Made by a program: the position numbers and the translations under genes
From: Candidatus Saccharimonadota bacterium
GTDB lineage: Bacteria; Patescibacteriota; Saccharimonadia; Saccharimonadales; Saccharimonadaceae
Direction: 5' to 3'
Assembly: GCA_000503915.1 (NCBI GenBank)
Contig: CP006915.1
Coordinates: forward strand, 360,001 to 392,000
Length of the DNA: 32,000 bases
Shown here: one piece after another, positions 1 to 8,445 of the stretch
How positions within the stretch are numbered: position 1 is the first letter of the stretch
How the letters are laid out: the number at the start of each line of letters is the position of its first letter
The notes under the pieces: model-generated
Databases searched by the model: none
What the model was told of the DNA's origin: nothing
What the model saw: only the letters and a program-made list of their open reading frames with translations

Positions 1-2
1 TC

Positions 3-1136
3 AGCCCCGAATATGTAGAAAGATTACAAAATGAAGCCGCTGAACATAAAGTTGCCTTACGAAGGTTTGATCAACGAAGTAGACGAATGGCGAAAAGGGC
101 ATTGGTTCAGACAGAACCTAGGATAGCTAATGGTTCGGAAGCTTTAGTGAAGACTGAACCTGAGCTTATACCAGATGAAGACCAACCGGCGTTACATTCG
201 AGTCGTGCGGACAGAGAGATTGAGGGTAGAGACTCGGTCGGATTATATTTGGATGATATTGCGAAGAATCCACTTTTAAGCGCTGAGCAAGAGGTAGAGC
301 TTTCCAAAACTATTGAGGCTGGCTTAATGGCTGAAAATTTACTAAAAAATGATCAAATTGGCAAGAAGAGTGAAGCACCAATGCGAGCCTCCCGAGAGGA
401 GCTAGAATGGCTCGCCGAGGAAGGTCGCAAGGCAGTAGACCAATTCATTACGGCAAACTTACGGCTGGTGGTCTCGATTGCTCGTAAATATGGCCGAGCA
501 CAAATGCCCATGCTGGATCTGGTTCAGGAAGGCAACACCGGCTTGATCCATGCAGTAGAGAAGTTTGACTACACCAAAGGTTATAAGTTTTCGACTTACG
601 CCACATGGTGGGTGCGCCAAGCAATTACGCGTGGCATAGCACAGCAGTCTAGGTTGGTGCGTCTGCCCGTCCACGTGGCGGAAGAACTCAATCAAATTGG
701 CGGGACTAAACGGATACTTGAGCGTCAACTCGGTCGTGAAGTAGAACCGAGAGAAATTGCTAAAGAACTGGGGATGGATGTAGACCGGGTTCTCGATCTG
801 ATAGCATGGGGTCGAGAGCATGTATCGCTTGACACGCCAGTGGGCGATGACGGTGATACATCACTCGGTGACTTATTGGCTTGTGAGACCAGCCCTGGGC
901 CCGATGAGGCGGTGTTTGATGAAGATACGCGAAGACGGCTCAATGACTTGATCGATAGGCTGGATGAGCGGTCAGCTGATATTATTCGCCTACGATTTGG
1001 TCTGGCCGATGGGCGCTCGCATAAACTTACTGATATTGGCATGAAACATGGCATCTCGGCCGAGCGGGTTCGTCAGCTGGAGCGGCAGGCGCTCGCAACA
1101 CTGCGTCAGATCGGTGACCCTGAGCTGGCTCTGTAA
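3..1136 (+). CDS. rpoD: RNA polymerase sigma factor, sigma-70 family (group-1-like); 5' end possibly outside the window
   Basis: Region 1.2/2 motifs DSVGLYLDDIAKNPLLSAEQEVELSKTIEAG, ANLRLVVSIARKY and DLVQEGNTGLIHAVEKFDYTKGYKFSTYATWWVRQAITR. Region 4 HTH ISAERVRQLERQAL. The first in-window ATG is at 87, but the frame is open back to nt 3 and no SD or -10 box precedes 87, so the true start may lie upstream of the window. Confidence 0.9.
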   Translation, partial: SPEYVERLQNEAAEHKVALRRFDQRSRRMAKRALVQTEPRIANGSEALVKTEPELIPDEDQPALHSSRADREIEGRDSVGLYLDDIAKNPLLSAEQEVELSKTIEAGLMAENLLKNDQIGKKSEAPMRASREELEWLAEEGRKAVDQFITANLRLVVSIARKYGRAQMPMLDLVQEGNTGLIHAVEKFDYTKGYKFSTYATWWVRQAITRGIAQQSRLVRLPVHVAEELNQIGGTKRILERQLGREVEPREIAKELGMDVDRVLDLIAWGREHVSLDTPVGDDGDTSLGDLLACETSPGPDEAVFDEDTRRRLNDLIDRLDERSADIIRLRFGLADGRSHKLTDIGMKHGISAERVRQLERQALATLRQIGDPELAL

Positions 1137-1150
1137 GGTATACTAGTACT

Positions 1151-3682
1151 ATGACCAAGCGTTTGGCGGTAATCGATGGCAAGAGTGTCTTCTATAGAGG
1201 CTACTATGCCATGCCGGGACTTTCGACGAAAGATGGTATACCGACGGGAGGCGTGTTTGGTTTTGTTTCTCTCGCGATCGAACTGATCAAGAAACTAAAC
1301 CCCGACTATGTGGCGGTGGCGTGGGACAAGCCAAAAACGAATATCCGTAAGCGCCGCGAGATTTATCCGGAGTATAAAGCTGGCCGCAAACCGGCGCCGC
1401 CGGACTTTTATGAGCAGATTCCGATCTTGCACGACCTGCTCGAAGCCTTCGGCTGGCCGCTGTATGAACTCGACGATTACGAAGCCGACGATATTATGGG
1501 CGCCTTTGCCAAACAGGCTGAGGCGAAGGGTATTGAGACTTGTTTACTCACCAGTGACCTCGACGCACTGCAGATTGTCAGCCCGCTGACACATGTCTAT
1601 GCACTCAAGAACGGCCTCTCGAATATCGAGCTGTTCAACGTCGAAGCATTTGAGAGTAAGTATGGCCTACGGGTTGATCAGTTTCTCGACCTCAAGTCAT
1701 TAAAAGGCGACTCATCAGACAATATCCCCGGTGTGCCTGGCGTGGGTGAAAAGACCGGTATCCAGCTGCTTCAGCAGTACGAAACACTCGACGGGATTTA
1801 CGAGCACCTTGATGACATCAAGGAAAGCGTCCGCAAGAGACTGGAGGCCGGTAAAGAGTCGGCCTACATGAGTAAAGAGATCGGCCGTATCTGGACTGAT
1901 GCGCCAGTCAAACTCGACTGGGACGTGGCCGATGTCAATGACTGCGATCTGCAAAAAGTTGCGGATATCTTGCGGCAACTTGAGTTCCATTCTTTAATCA
2001 AGCGTCTGCCGAAGAATATGCAACAAGTGGCTGATACGTCACTCTATTTCCAAGCAGCTGATGAGGTGGAGCTAAAAGAGGTGGCTTGGCCAGAGCAGGT
2101 GACGATCGACGGACCATTCGTGCTGCATGTGACAGATGATGAACTGTGGGCGTCATTTACTGCTACGACTGTCTCACATACGAAACTCACGGAAGTCGAC
2201 AAAAGTTTTTGGCGGGCGGTTGAGTTTGGTACGGTGATTAGCTACGACGTAAAAGCGCTGTATCACACACTCGCTGAACACGATATCGAAGTGCAGTTTA
2301 GTGACATTCATGATATTCGCCAGGCAGCGTTCTTGCTCGATCCATTACGCCGTGATCGTAGCCTAGAAGCATTAATTGGGGGTGAAATCGCTTCACCACG
2401 GGATGAGATGTCGGCGATGCGCCAAGTCTATGCGTGGCAGGTGAAAGCTTTTGAGGAAAAACCGAAAGTGAGCGACATCGCGCACCGCTTCGATTTCCCG
2501 CTGATCTACCATTTGTTCCGCATGGAATATCTTGGCATCAAGCTCGATACCGGCTTACTCAAAACAATGAGTAAGCAGCTTGATGAGCAGTTCAAAAAGC
2601 TCGAACAAGAAATGTATTCGCTCGTCGGCTACGAGTTTAATATCGGCTCGCCAGCACAACTCTCAGAAGTATTATTTACCAAGCTACAACTACCAACCAC
2701 AGGGATAAAAAAGGGTAAAACCGGCTACTCAACTGGCCAAAAAGAACTCGATAAATTACGTGGCCAGCATCCAATTATCGAGCTAATTGAGCAGACGCGT
2801 GAGCTTGCTAAACTAAAGAACACGTACGTTGATACATTGCCCGAGCAGGTTGATAAAAACAGCCGCCTACATACCACGTTTAACCAAGACGTCGCCGCGA
2901 CTGGGCGACTCTCCAGTACTAGTCCGAACCTACAAAATATTCCGATTCGTTCCGAGATTGGCCGCAAGATTCGTGAAGCGTTTATTCCGGAAAAAGGCAA
3001 AGTCTTTGTCAGCGCCGACTACAGCCAGTTTGAGCTGCGTCTGGCGGCGGTGCTGGCCGGTGACAAAGAGCTAATTGACGACTTCAATGGCGATCTCGAT
3101 ATTCATACCAAGACAGCCAGCGACGTCTACGGCATCCCGATGAATGAGGTGACGAAAAACCAGCGCCGCGACGCCAAGGTGATTAATTTCGGCGTGCTCT
3201 ACGGCATGAGTCCGCACGGTCTCTCCGCCGCGACCGGTATGTCGTTTCCAGATGCGAAAAAGTTCATCGATAGCTACTTTGAACTGCGAAAGCCAATCCG
3301 TAGATTTATTGATGACACCTTGGAGAAGGCCAAAACCGAAGGATATGTTGAAACCTTCCATGGTCGTCGCCGCCCGACGCCGGATGTGAACTCGAGCAAC
3401 TTCATGGTGCGCGAAGCCGCCAAGCGCGCCGCCGCTAATATGCCGATCCAAGGCACCGAAGCCGATCTCATGAAGCTCGCGATGATCAAAGTCGACGACG
3501 AGATGGGTGATCTCGGCCAGCAAATCCTCCAGATCCATGACTCGATCCTCGTCGAATGTCCCGATAAAAATGCTGGTAAAGTATCCAAGATTTTGCAAGA
3601 AACTATGGAATCCATCGCACCAGAGCTTGGTATTAAATTGAAAGTTGATGTGCATGTCGGTAAGAACTGGGGAGAAGTGTGA
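1151..3682 (+). CDS. polA: DNA polymerase I
   Basis: 843 aa. N-terminal 5'-nuclease domain (GVFGF, EYKAGR, DNIPGVPGVGEKTG). A-family polymerase motif A DYSQFELRLAA, motif B RRDAKVINFGVLYGMS, motif C QIHDSILVE. Confidence 0.95.
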   Translation: MTKRLAVIDGKSVFYRGYYAMPGLSTKDGIPTGGVFGFVSLAIELIKKLNPDYVAVAWDKPKTNIRKRREIYPEYKAGRKPAPPDFYEQIPILHDLLEAFGWPLYELDDYEADDIMGAFAKQAEAKGIETCLLTSDLDALQIVSPLTHVYALKNGLSNIELFNVEAFESKYGLRVDQFLDLKSLKGDSSDNIPGVPGVGEKTGIQLLQQYETLDGIYEHLDDIKESVRKRLEAGKESAYMSKEIGRIWTDAPVKLDWDVADVNDCDLQKVADILRQLEFHSLIKRLPKNMQQVADTSLYFQAADEVELKEVAWPEQVTIDGPFVLHVTDDELWASFTATTVSHTKLTEVDKSFWRAVEFGTVISYDVKALYHTLAEHDIEVQFSDIHDIRQAAFLLDPLRRDRSLEALIGGEIASPRDEMSAMRQVYAWQVKAFEEKPKVSDIAHRFDFPLIYHLFRMEYLGIKLDTGLLKTMSKQLDEQFKKLEQEMYSLVGYEFNIGSPAQLSEVLFTKLQLPTTGIKKGKTGYSTGQKELDKLRGQHPIIELIEQTRELAKLKNTYVDTLPEQVDKNSRLHTTFNQDVAATGRLSSTSPNLQNIPIRSEIGRKIREAFIPEKGKVFVSADYSQFELRLAAVLAGDKELIDDFNGDLDIHTKTASDVYGIPMNEVTKNQRRDAKVINFGVLYGMSPHGLSAATGMSFPDAKKFIDSYFELRKPIRRFIDDTLEKAKTEGYVETFHGRRRPTPDVNSSNFMVREAAKRAAANMPIQGTEADLMKLAMIKVDDEMGDLGQQILQIHDSILVECPDKNAGKVSKILQETMESIAPELGIKLKVDVHVGKNWGEV

Positions 3683-4233
3683 ACGAAGAAATCTTTGCCC
3701 GAGGAAAATTATTTGAACTCATCCACCTGAAGCAAGACGACGGGCGAGTATTTGAAGTTGCTAGGCGGGCACCGGGTGTGCGGCTGATCATTTGCGACGA
3801 AGAAAATGGAAAGATTTTACTCACGAAAGAATACCGCCAGGAGCTGGGCGAGTGGGATTATCGACTGCCTGGCGGGAAAGTATTTGATAGCCTCGAAGAA
3901 TACGAGACACATCGAAACGGCGGTGATGACATCATCGAAGCGGCCAAAAAGCAAGCAATCAACGAGGCGCAGCAAGAAGCCGGTATTGAAATCGCAAATC
4001 TTGAACTGTATAAAAAATCAGTCCTCGGCGCAACCGTCGAGTGGAATCTCTATGTTTTTGCAACGACCAACTGGCAAGCAAGTGTGCACGGACAAGAACT
4101 GGAGGTTGGCGAGAAGATCGAAGCCGACAATTGGTTTAGCTTTGACGAAGCAAAGAAAATGATTCTCGACGGTGCGATCCAAGAAGAGCGTATTGCGCTC
4201 ATATTACTGCAATGGCTGGAGGCTAGAAAGTGA
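3679..4233 (+). CDS. Nudix-fold hydrolase-like protein with a divergent Nudix box
   Basis: LPGGKVFDSLEE...IIEAAKKQAINEAQQEAGIE resembles the Nudix box GX5EX7REUXEEXGU, but it carries an insertion and reads NE..QE where RE..EE is expected. GTG start overlaps the polA stop (GTGA), with GGAG 5 nt upstream. Confidence 0.65.
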   Translation: MNEEIFARGKLFELIHLKQDDGRVFEVARRAPGVRLIICDEENGKILLTKEYRQELGEWDYRLPGGKVFDSLEEYETHRNGGDDIIEAAKKQAINEAQQEAGIEIANLELYKKSVLGATVEWNLYVFATTNWQASVHGQELEVGEKIEADNWFSFDEAKKMILDGAIQEERIALILLQWLEARK

Positions 4234-4730
4234 AACTTTATATCGCCGGCAAGGTAGGCAAGAACTCGCAGTTTGGTACGCACCACTGGCGGGATAATTT
4301 TGTAGAGACACTAGCGAATGCATCGGGCTTATCGCTGACGCATTTAGATCCTCTAGCCTACGAAGGAGACCGGGAGTATGATCCGCAGTTCGTGTTTGAC
4401 AAAGACTGTTGGCTGATCAACCAAGTCGACTGTGTGATTGTCTATCTCAGTGATGATATCAGCGTCGGCGGTTCACAAGAAATGCTCATTGCAAAATACC
4501 TACGGAAACCGCTCATTGGACTTGCGCCAAAAGAAGGGAAGTTCAATAAATCAGAGAAAGAACACTTAGCTAAGGTCATAAAGGACTACATCGATCCGTT
4601 CGTGTACGCAACCTGTGATGTGGTGTGTGCAGACATGGAGGAAATGGCGAATGCTTTACGGAATCTGCCATCACCGAAAACTATTTCGATCATCGATGAT
4701 GGTATTGAGAGGATGGAAAAGCAGCAGTGA
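4230..4730 (+). CDS. nucleoside 2-deoxyribosyltransferase-like fold protein (tentative)
   Basis: KLYIAGKV at the N-terminus, then DCVIVYLSDDISVGGSQEMLIAKYLRKPLIGL. This matches the N-terminal glycine-rich strand plus the ...G(T/S)xxE(I/L)xxAxxxxKP(V/L)I... pattern of the NDT/Rcl family. GTGA overlap with the upstream gene; GGAGG 7 nt upstream. Confidence 0.5.
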   Translation: MKLYIAGKVGKNSQFGTHHWRDNFVETLANASGLSLTHLDPLAYEGDREYDPQFVFDKDCWLINQVDCVIVYLSDDISVGGSQEMLIAKYLRKPLIGLAPKEGKFNKSEKEHLAKVIKDYIDPFVYATCDVVCADMEEMANALRNLPSPKTISIIDDGIERMEKQQ

Positions 4731-5257
4731 AAGTAGTAATAAACATCTTTGGTCCATCAACGGCCGGAAAATCGACCGTTAGCGAGTTATTGCAGGAGCG
4801 GATTGAAAGACTATATACCGTAGATTTTGATGTCATAAAGCGTCAACTTGCCGGCTACTACTGGAAGCGCGATGCGGAAATAGCAAGAGATTTAACCTAT
4901 GAAACGCTTCGGTCTGTGTCGATGACCGAGCTTCCCATTCTGGCGCTTTTGCCAACGCCGAAAGATAAAACTGAGTATAATCGTATTGTTGACATTGCAC
5001 GACAAACAAAGCGCAAATTGCTTAATATTGAAATCACTGCCCCAGATGAGGTGCTGATCCAGCGCTACGAGGAGCGACTGAAAGCTATCAAAGCATCCGG
5101 CTCGACGTGGAAGTTTAAAACACTCGACGAGTTCAAAGAAAAATTGGCTCAGCGATACTATATACCAACTGACGTTCAGACATTTGATTCGTCGGTATCT
5201 TCACCTCAAGGAATCGTCGACAGAATTATGAAGATTATTGAAGAGGGTGCTAAATGA
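4727..5257 (+). CDS. P-loop NTPase, small kinase-like (AAA_33 / nucleotide-kinase-like)
   Basis: Canonical Walker A GPSTAGKST at residues 9-17. The 176-aa size and helical remainder are typical of small-molecule/nucleotide kinases. GTGA overlap with the upstream gene. Confidence 0.6.
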   Translation: MKVVINIFGPSTAGKSTVSELLQERIERLYTVDFDVIKRQLAGYYWKRDAEIARDLTYETLRSVSMTELPILALLPTPKDKTEYNRIVDIARQTKRKLLNIEITAPDEVLIQRYEERLKAIKASGSTWKFKTLDEFKEKLAQRYYIPTDVQTFDSSVSSPQGIVDRIMKIIEEGAK

Positions 5258-5661
5258 CAAAAGTTCTTTTTGTCTGCGAAGGCAACATGATGCGCTCGCA
5301 GATGGCAGAAGCGTTTTATAACGAGCTGACAAAATCGAGCGATGCCGTGAGCGCTGGTGCGACGGCGGAGACGAAAGAACACATCTCAAAGCGAGCCATC
5401 GAAGCAATGAATGAGATCGACTACGACGTGACGCATTTGAAGCCGAAGCAGCTGACTGAAAAGCTGGTGGACGATGCAGATACGGTAATATATTTTCCAA
5501 GCGACTACATGCCGGAATATGTCACCAAAAGCCCGAAGGCGACACACTGGGACGTCATCGATCCGCATTATCACCATGAAGAGGGTATGGAACTGGTGCG
5601 ACGGGTGCGTGATGATATTCAGAAGCGGGTTGAAAAACTCATAGGAGAAAGCAAGGTATGA
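5254..5661 (+). CDS. low-molecular-weight phosphotyrosine phosphatase / ArsC-family protein
   Basis: N-terminal CX5R(S/T) P-loop VLFVCEGNMMRSQMAEAF, followed by SAG and WDVIDP motifs. The C82/C89-type resolving cysteines of thioredoxin-coupled ArsC are absent, so a phosphatase role is more likely than arsenate reductase. ATGA overlap with the upstream gene. Confidence 0.8.
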   Translation: MTKVLFVCEGNMMRSQMAEAFYNELTKSSDAVSAGATAETKEHISKRAIEAMNEIDYDVTHLKPKQLTEKLVDDADTVIYFPSDYMPEYVTKSPKATHWDVIDPHYHHEEGMELVRRVRDDIQKRVEKLIGESKV

Positions 5662-6470
5662 TTCGTCACCGTTGGCGGCGATTTTTGCCGTATGCTGGTC
5701 CGAGAAAAGTCAGGGCGCCACGATCGGTGGAGGCGCTGAATGAGCAGATTGAACAACTAAAACGTTCGCTGCCCGAGATGAACCGTGCGAATAAAAAACT
5801 GGCACTACAAAAACTACTCGTTCTGCAGACACCACGTGCGGCCTTGGCGCAAAACCAGATGGATCGGCACAAACATGGGTATCATAACCGAGAGAAGCGG
5901 CTGTATGAGCTGATTGATTTCAACGATACGTTTGTGGCGGTGGTGCTGGCGCTTGACCGTAGTGAACTGGCAAGATTTACGCCGGATATCAAGCAGCGCA
6001 TGAGTGATTTTTGTCGTCAACAAGACACGCTGATGTTTAGCGACGAGCAGTTCGAAGCGATCGTGCATGGCTTGTCCGTGGAGATTTCTGTCTACCGAGC
6101 GGCGCATGACGACGGCCTGGATGTGGAAATGACCAGCCGTACCCAGGACGCTTTTGGTATCGATATGGTGGTTGGCGATCCGTCGGTTAGGCGACAAATT
6201 AATATTGACTGTAAAACGCCCTCAGCTTTTCGTTATAGGCTGGAGGAACTTCGTAAAAAAGGCCGGATCACCGATAGCGAGGTGCTACAGGCCGACGAGC
6301 AGGATTTTATCACGACTATGAACCGCCATGACGATGAAAAAGTTCCGGTCACAACCCTATGCATCCGCCCGGAACGAGTGGGCGATATTGCTGATTTTTC
6401 GCTTGGTGACACGAAGCCACTTGGTAGCTTATTACGCTCTGTTATTGCAGTCGACGGCTACCCATATTAG
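5658..6470 (+). CDS. hypothetical protein with a candidate PD-(D/E)xK nuclease core
   Basis: 270 aa. ATGA overlap with the upstream gene. GLSVEISVY ... FGIDMVVGDPSVRRQINIDCKT fits the E...hD...(D/E)xK arrangement of restriction-endonuclease-fold proteins. This is pattern recognition only. Confidence 0.6.
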   Translation: MIRHRWRRFLPYAGPRKVRAPRSVEALNEQIEQLKRSLPEMNRANKKLALQKLLVLQTPRAALAQNQMDRHKHGYHNREKRLYELIDFNDTFVAVVLALDRSELARFTPDIKQRMSDFCRQQDTLMFSDEQFEAIVHGLSVEISVYRAAHDDGLDVEMTSRTQDAFGIDMVVGDPSVRRQINIDCKTPSAFRYRLEELRKKGRITDSEVLQADEQDFITTMNRHDDEKVPVTTLCIRPERVGDIADFSLGDTKPLGSLLRSVIAVDGYPY

Positions 6471-6475
6471 CGCTT

Positions 6476-7171
6476 GTGTTTTTTCGCTTGCCAGCGCATA
6501 TTATGTACATGAGCGCCCATGAGACCGAAGCAGCTGAACGATTACTGCGAGGGCTTGATGCGGACGCCGTCGATATAGCCAAAAATCAGGACTATTTCGA
6601 CAACTTGGAAGGCTTTGTCCGTGCGTATGTAAGCCCGGAGACGTTTACCGTAGATGACGTAGAGATTGCTTATACGGCTGCTAACATGATCAGCGGCCTG
6701 GAGCTTGGCGGTATGATGTTGAATGTTCGGCAGCGGCGTACGCAAGCAGGTGAGACTTCGTACGATCCGGATAAATTCTATGCGGTTGCCGTTGGCTGGC
6801 TCGATTCGGATAAGACACCGGAATTCCGCTTTGTCCCTTCCCGCGTCAAACGAAGTCCCGATGGCAAACTGATAAGGAATGAACTGCTACTGGACGGCAC
6901 GTGGAATGAGCTTGAAGATAAGCTAGTGGCAGATCCGTCACGCAGTACGCTCGAGCAGGCTGAAGCAATACTGGAACGTCAGCGTATCCACAATGTGCAG
7001 CTGGCACAAACGACGCGGATTGTCATGACGTCGGAGGGAAGGTGGCTGTATCTGCCAGGTCATGTGGTGCACCGTCTGAAGCCGCTCGACGAAGCGCTCG
7101 CGTGTACGCGCCTGGCGCGAGAACGTGGCTTTGGCCGGCAGGCTACTGAGCAAACAATCGTGACAGATTAG
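6476..7171 (+). CDS. hypothetical protein
   Basis: 231-aa ORF directly after the previous gene, with no recognisable motif. The start is ambiguous: GTG 6476, ATG 6503 or ATG 6509. Confidence 0.55.
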   Translation: MFFRLPAHIMYMSAHETEAAERLLRGLDADAVDIAKNQDYFDNLEGFVRAYVSPETFTVDDVEIAYTAANMISGLELGGMMLNVRQRRTQAGETSYDPDKFYAVAVGWLDSDKTPEFRFVPSRVKRSPDGKLIRNELLLDGTWNELEDKLVADPSRSTLEQAEAILERQRIHNVQLAQTTRIVMTSEGRWLYLPGHVVHRLKPLDEALACTRLARERGFGRQATEQTIVTD

Positions 7172-7178
7172 AACTGTA

Positions 7179-7207
7179 TTGACATTTTTGATATAAAGTT
7201 GTAATAT
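7179..7207 (+). promoter_or_regulatory. sigma-70-type promoter: TTGACA, 17 nt, TAATAT; the -10 box ends 6 nt before ATG 7214
   Basis: Perfect -35 at 7179-7184, an exact 17-nt spacer, and -10 TAATAT at 7202-7207. There is no room for an SD, so a leaderless transcript is predicted. Confidence 0.6.
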
Positions 7208-7213
7208 CTAGTT

Positions 7214-7840
7214 ATGCAACGGAGTAGAAGCACGCGGTTATTTCCGCTATTTATCAGTCTTGTCGTCATCGCGCTGGTGATCGCGGTGGTTGTTTCATTG
7301 GTACGGACATTTTTTGCCGGTAATGACAATGCAACAAACACAAGTCAAGTCGCCGATCAGAAAAGCAGTCTACTAAAAACCGACGAAACTCACAGTGTCA
7401 AAATGACCGTTCGCGGACCGATCGTGGCGAATGAGCAATTTACTTCCTACGCTATCGAAGTTTCTTCCGATGAGCGCAGTATGAATATCTATAAAGGCTA
7501 CGAAGAAGATCAGGTCGACGGGAAGCGTTTTGCTAACAATGCGAAAGCCTACGAACAATTCGTGTATGCGCTTGATAAAGCCAACATGATGAAAGGCGAG
7601 GTACCGGCTGACGTTAATCAAAACGACCTGCGCGGTATCTGTGCAACCGGTTACGTGTACGAATTTAGTGTCCTCAAGAACAACGACACGGATAAGCGTC
7701 TCTGGACTTCGACCTGTTCGGGCTCAAAGGGAACGCTCGACGCCAGTCAAGTGCAGCTCAGCAACCTTTTCCTGGCACAAATTCCAGATTCGGGTAAACT
7801 CGTGCCATTCCAACAGTCGCCACTGCAGCTTCATTTTTAA
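7214..7840 (+). CDS. membrane-anchored/secreted hypothetical protein
   Basis: 208 aa. N-terminal basic stretch plus a hydrophobic helix (LFPLFISLVVIALVIAVVVSLV). Has its own consensus promoter. The soluble part has two Cys. Confidence 0.7.
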   Translation: MQRSRSTRLFPLFISLVVIALVIAVVVSLVRTFFAGNDNATNTSQVADQKSSLLKTDETHSVKMTVRGPIVANEQFTSYAIEVSSDERSMNIYKGYEEDQVDGKRFANNAKAYEQFVYALDKANMMKGEVPADVNQNDLRGICATGYVYEFSVLKNNDTDKRLWTSTCSGSKGTLDASQVQLSNLFLAQIPDSGKLVPFQQSPLQLHF

Positions 7841-7869
7841 CTAAAGAGTAAACACGGTACAATAAGCGT

Positions 7870-8445
7870 ATGATTCATGCGCTTATTTTTGACTGTTTTG
7901 GCGTGCTGTATAGCGAGGGGCGGCGGGAGATTGATGCGTTGGCGCCGCCGCACCTCAAAAGCGAGATGAATGACCTATATCTTCAATCAGATTATGGATA
8001 TATTACGCGGGAGGAGTTCCTAGCTCAATTGGCGGCTATGACGGGTTTGGATGTTGAGCGGCTTAGTCTAATGATTGAGCAGCATTACGTGCGGAATGAG
8101 CCCCTGATAGACTTTGTTCGTACAATGAAAGGTCGTTACAAAGTCGGTATGTTAAGTAATGTTGGTGATGATTTTGTGGAATCGCTCTTCTCTGAAGCGG
8201 AACGAGAAGCGTTATTTGATGATATTGTGCTATCAAGTAATGTTGGCCTACTGAAGCCCAGCGCGGAAATATACGAGCTTGCGGCGCAGCGGCTCGGTGT
8301 ACTGCCCGAAGAATGTGTGTTTATCGATGACAGACCGGTCAACGTGGAAGCCGCTCGGTACGTCGGCATGAAGGGAGTTACTTACACGGCCTTTCCGCAA
8401 CTCAAAACGGATATGACGAAGCTTTTGGAGCAATTCGATGCCTGA
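7870..8445 (+). CDS. HAD-superfamily hydrolase (subfamily IA-like)
   Basis: Motif I LIFDCFGVL (Asp nucleophile present, but residue D+2 is Phe, as in DxYGTL dehalogenase-like members rather than DxDGTL phosphatases). Motif II MLSNVG, motif III LLKPS, motif IV VFIDD. Confidence 0.8.
   Translation: MIHALIFDCFGVLYSEGRREIDALAPPHLKSEMNDLYLQSDYGYITREEFLAQLAAMTGLDVERLSLMIEQHYVRNEPLIDFVRTMKGRYKVGMLSNVGDDFVESLFSEAEREALFDDIVLSSNVGLLKPSAEIYELAAQRLGVLPEECVFIDDRPVNVEAARYVGMKGVTYTAFPQLKTDMTKLLEQFDA

Noticed and set aside
1-86. Separate upstream gene or promoter in the first 86 nt
   Set aside because: The only long open frame here is continuous with the sigma factor ORF. The ATG at 31 opens a short out-of-frame ORF that stops within ~100 nt. 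I treat this as a probable N-terminal continuation of the sigma factor rather than a separate feature.
2050-2500. Possible loss of PolA 3'-5' exonuclease activity
   Set aside because: By eye, a DDE could satisfy Exo I (DxE) and a YD could satisfy Exo II, while the Exo III YxxxD was not found. Without a profile alignment I cannot decide either way, so no claim is made.
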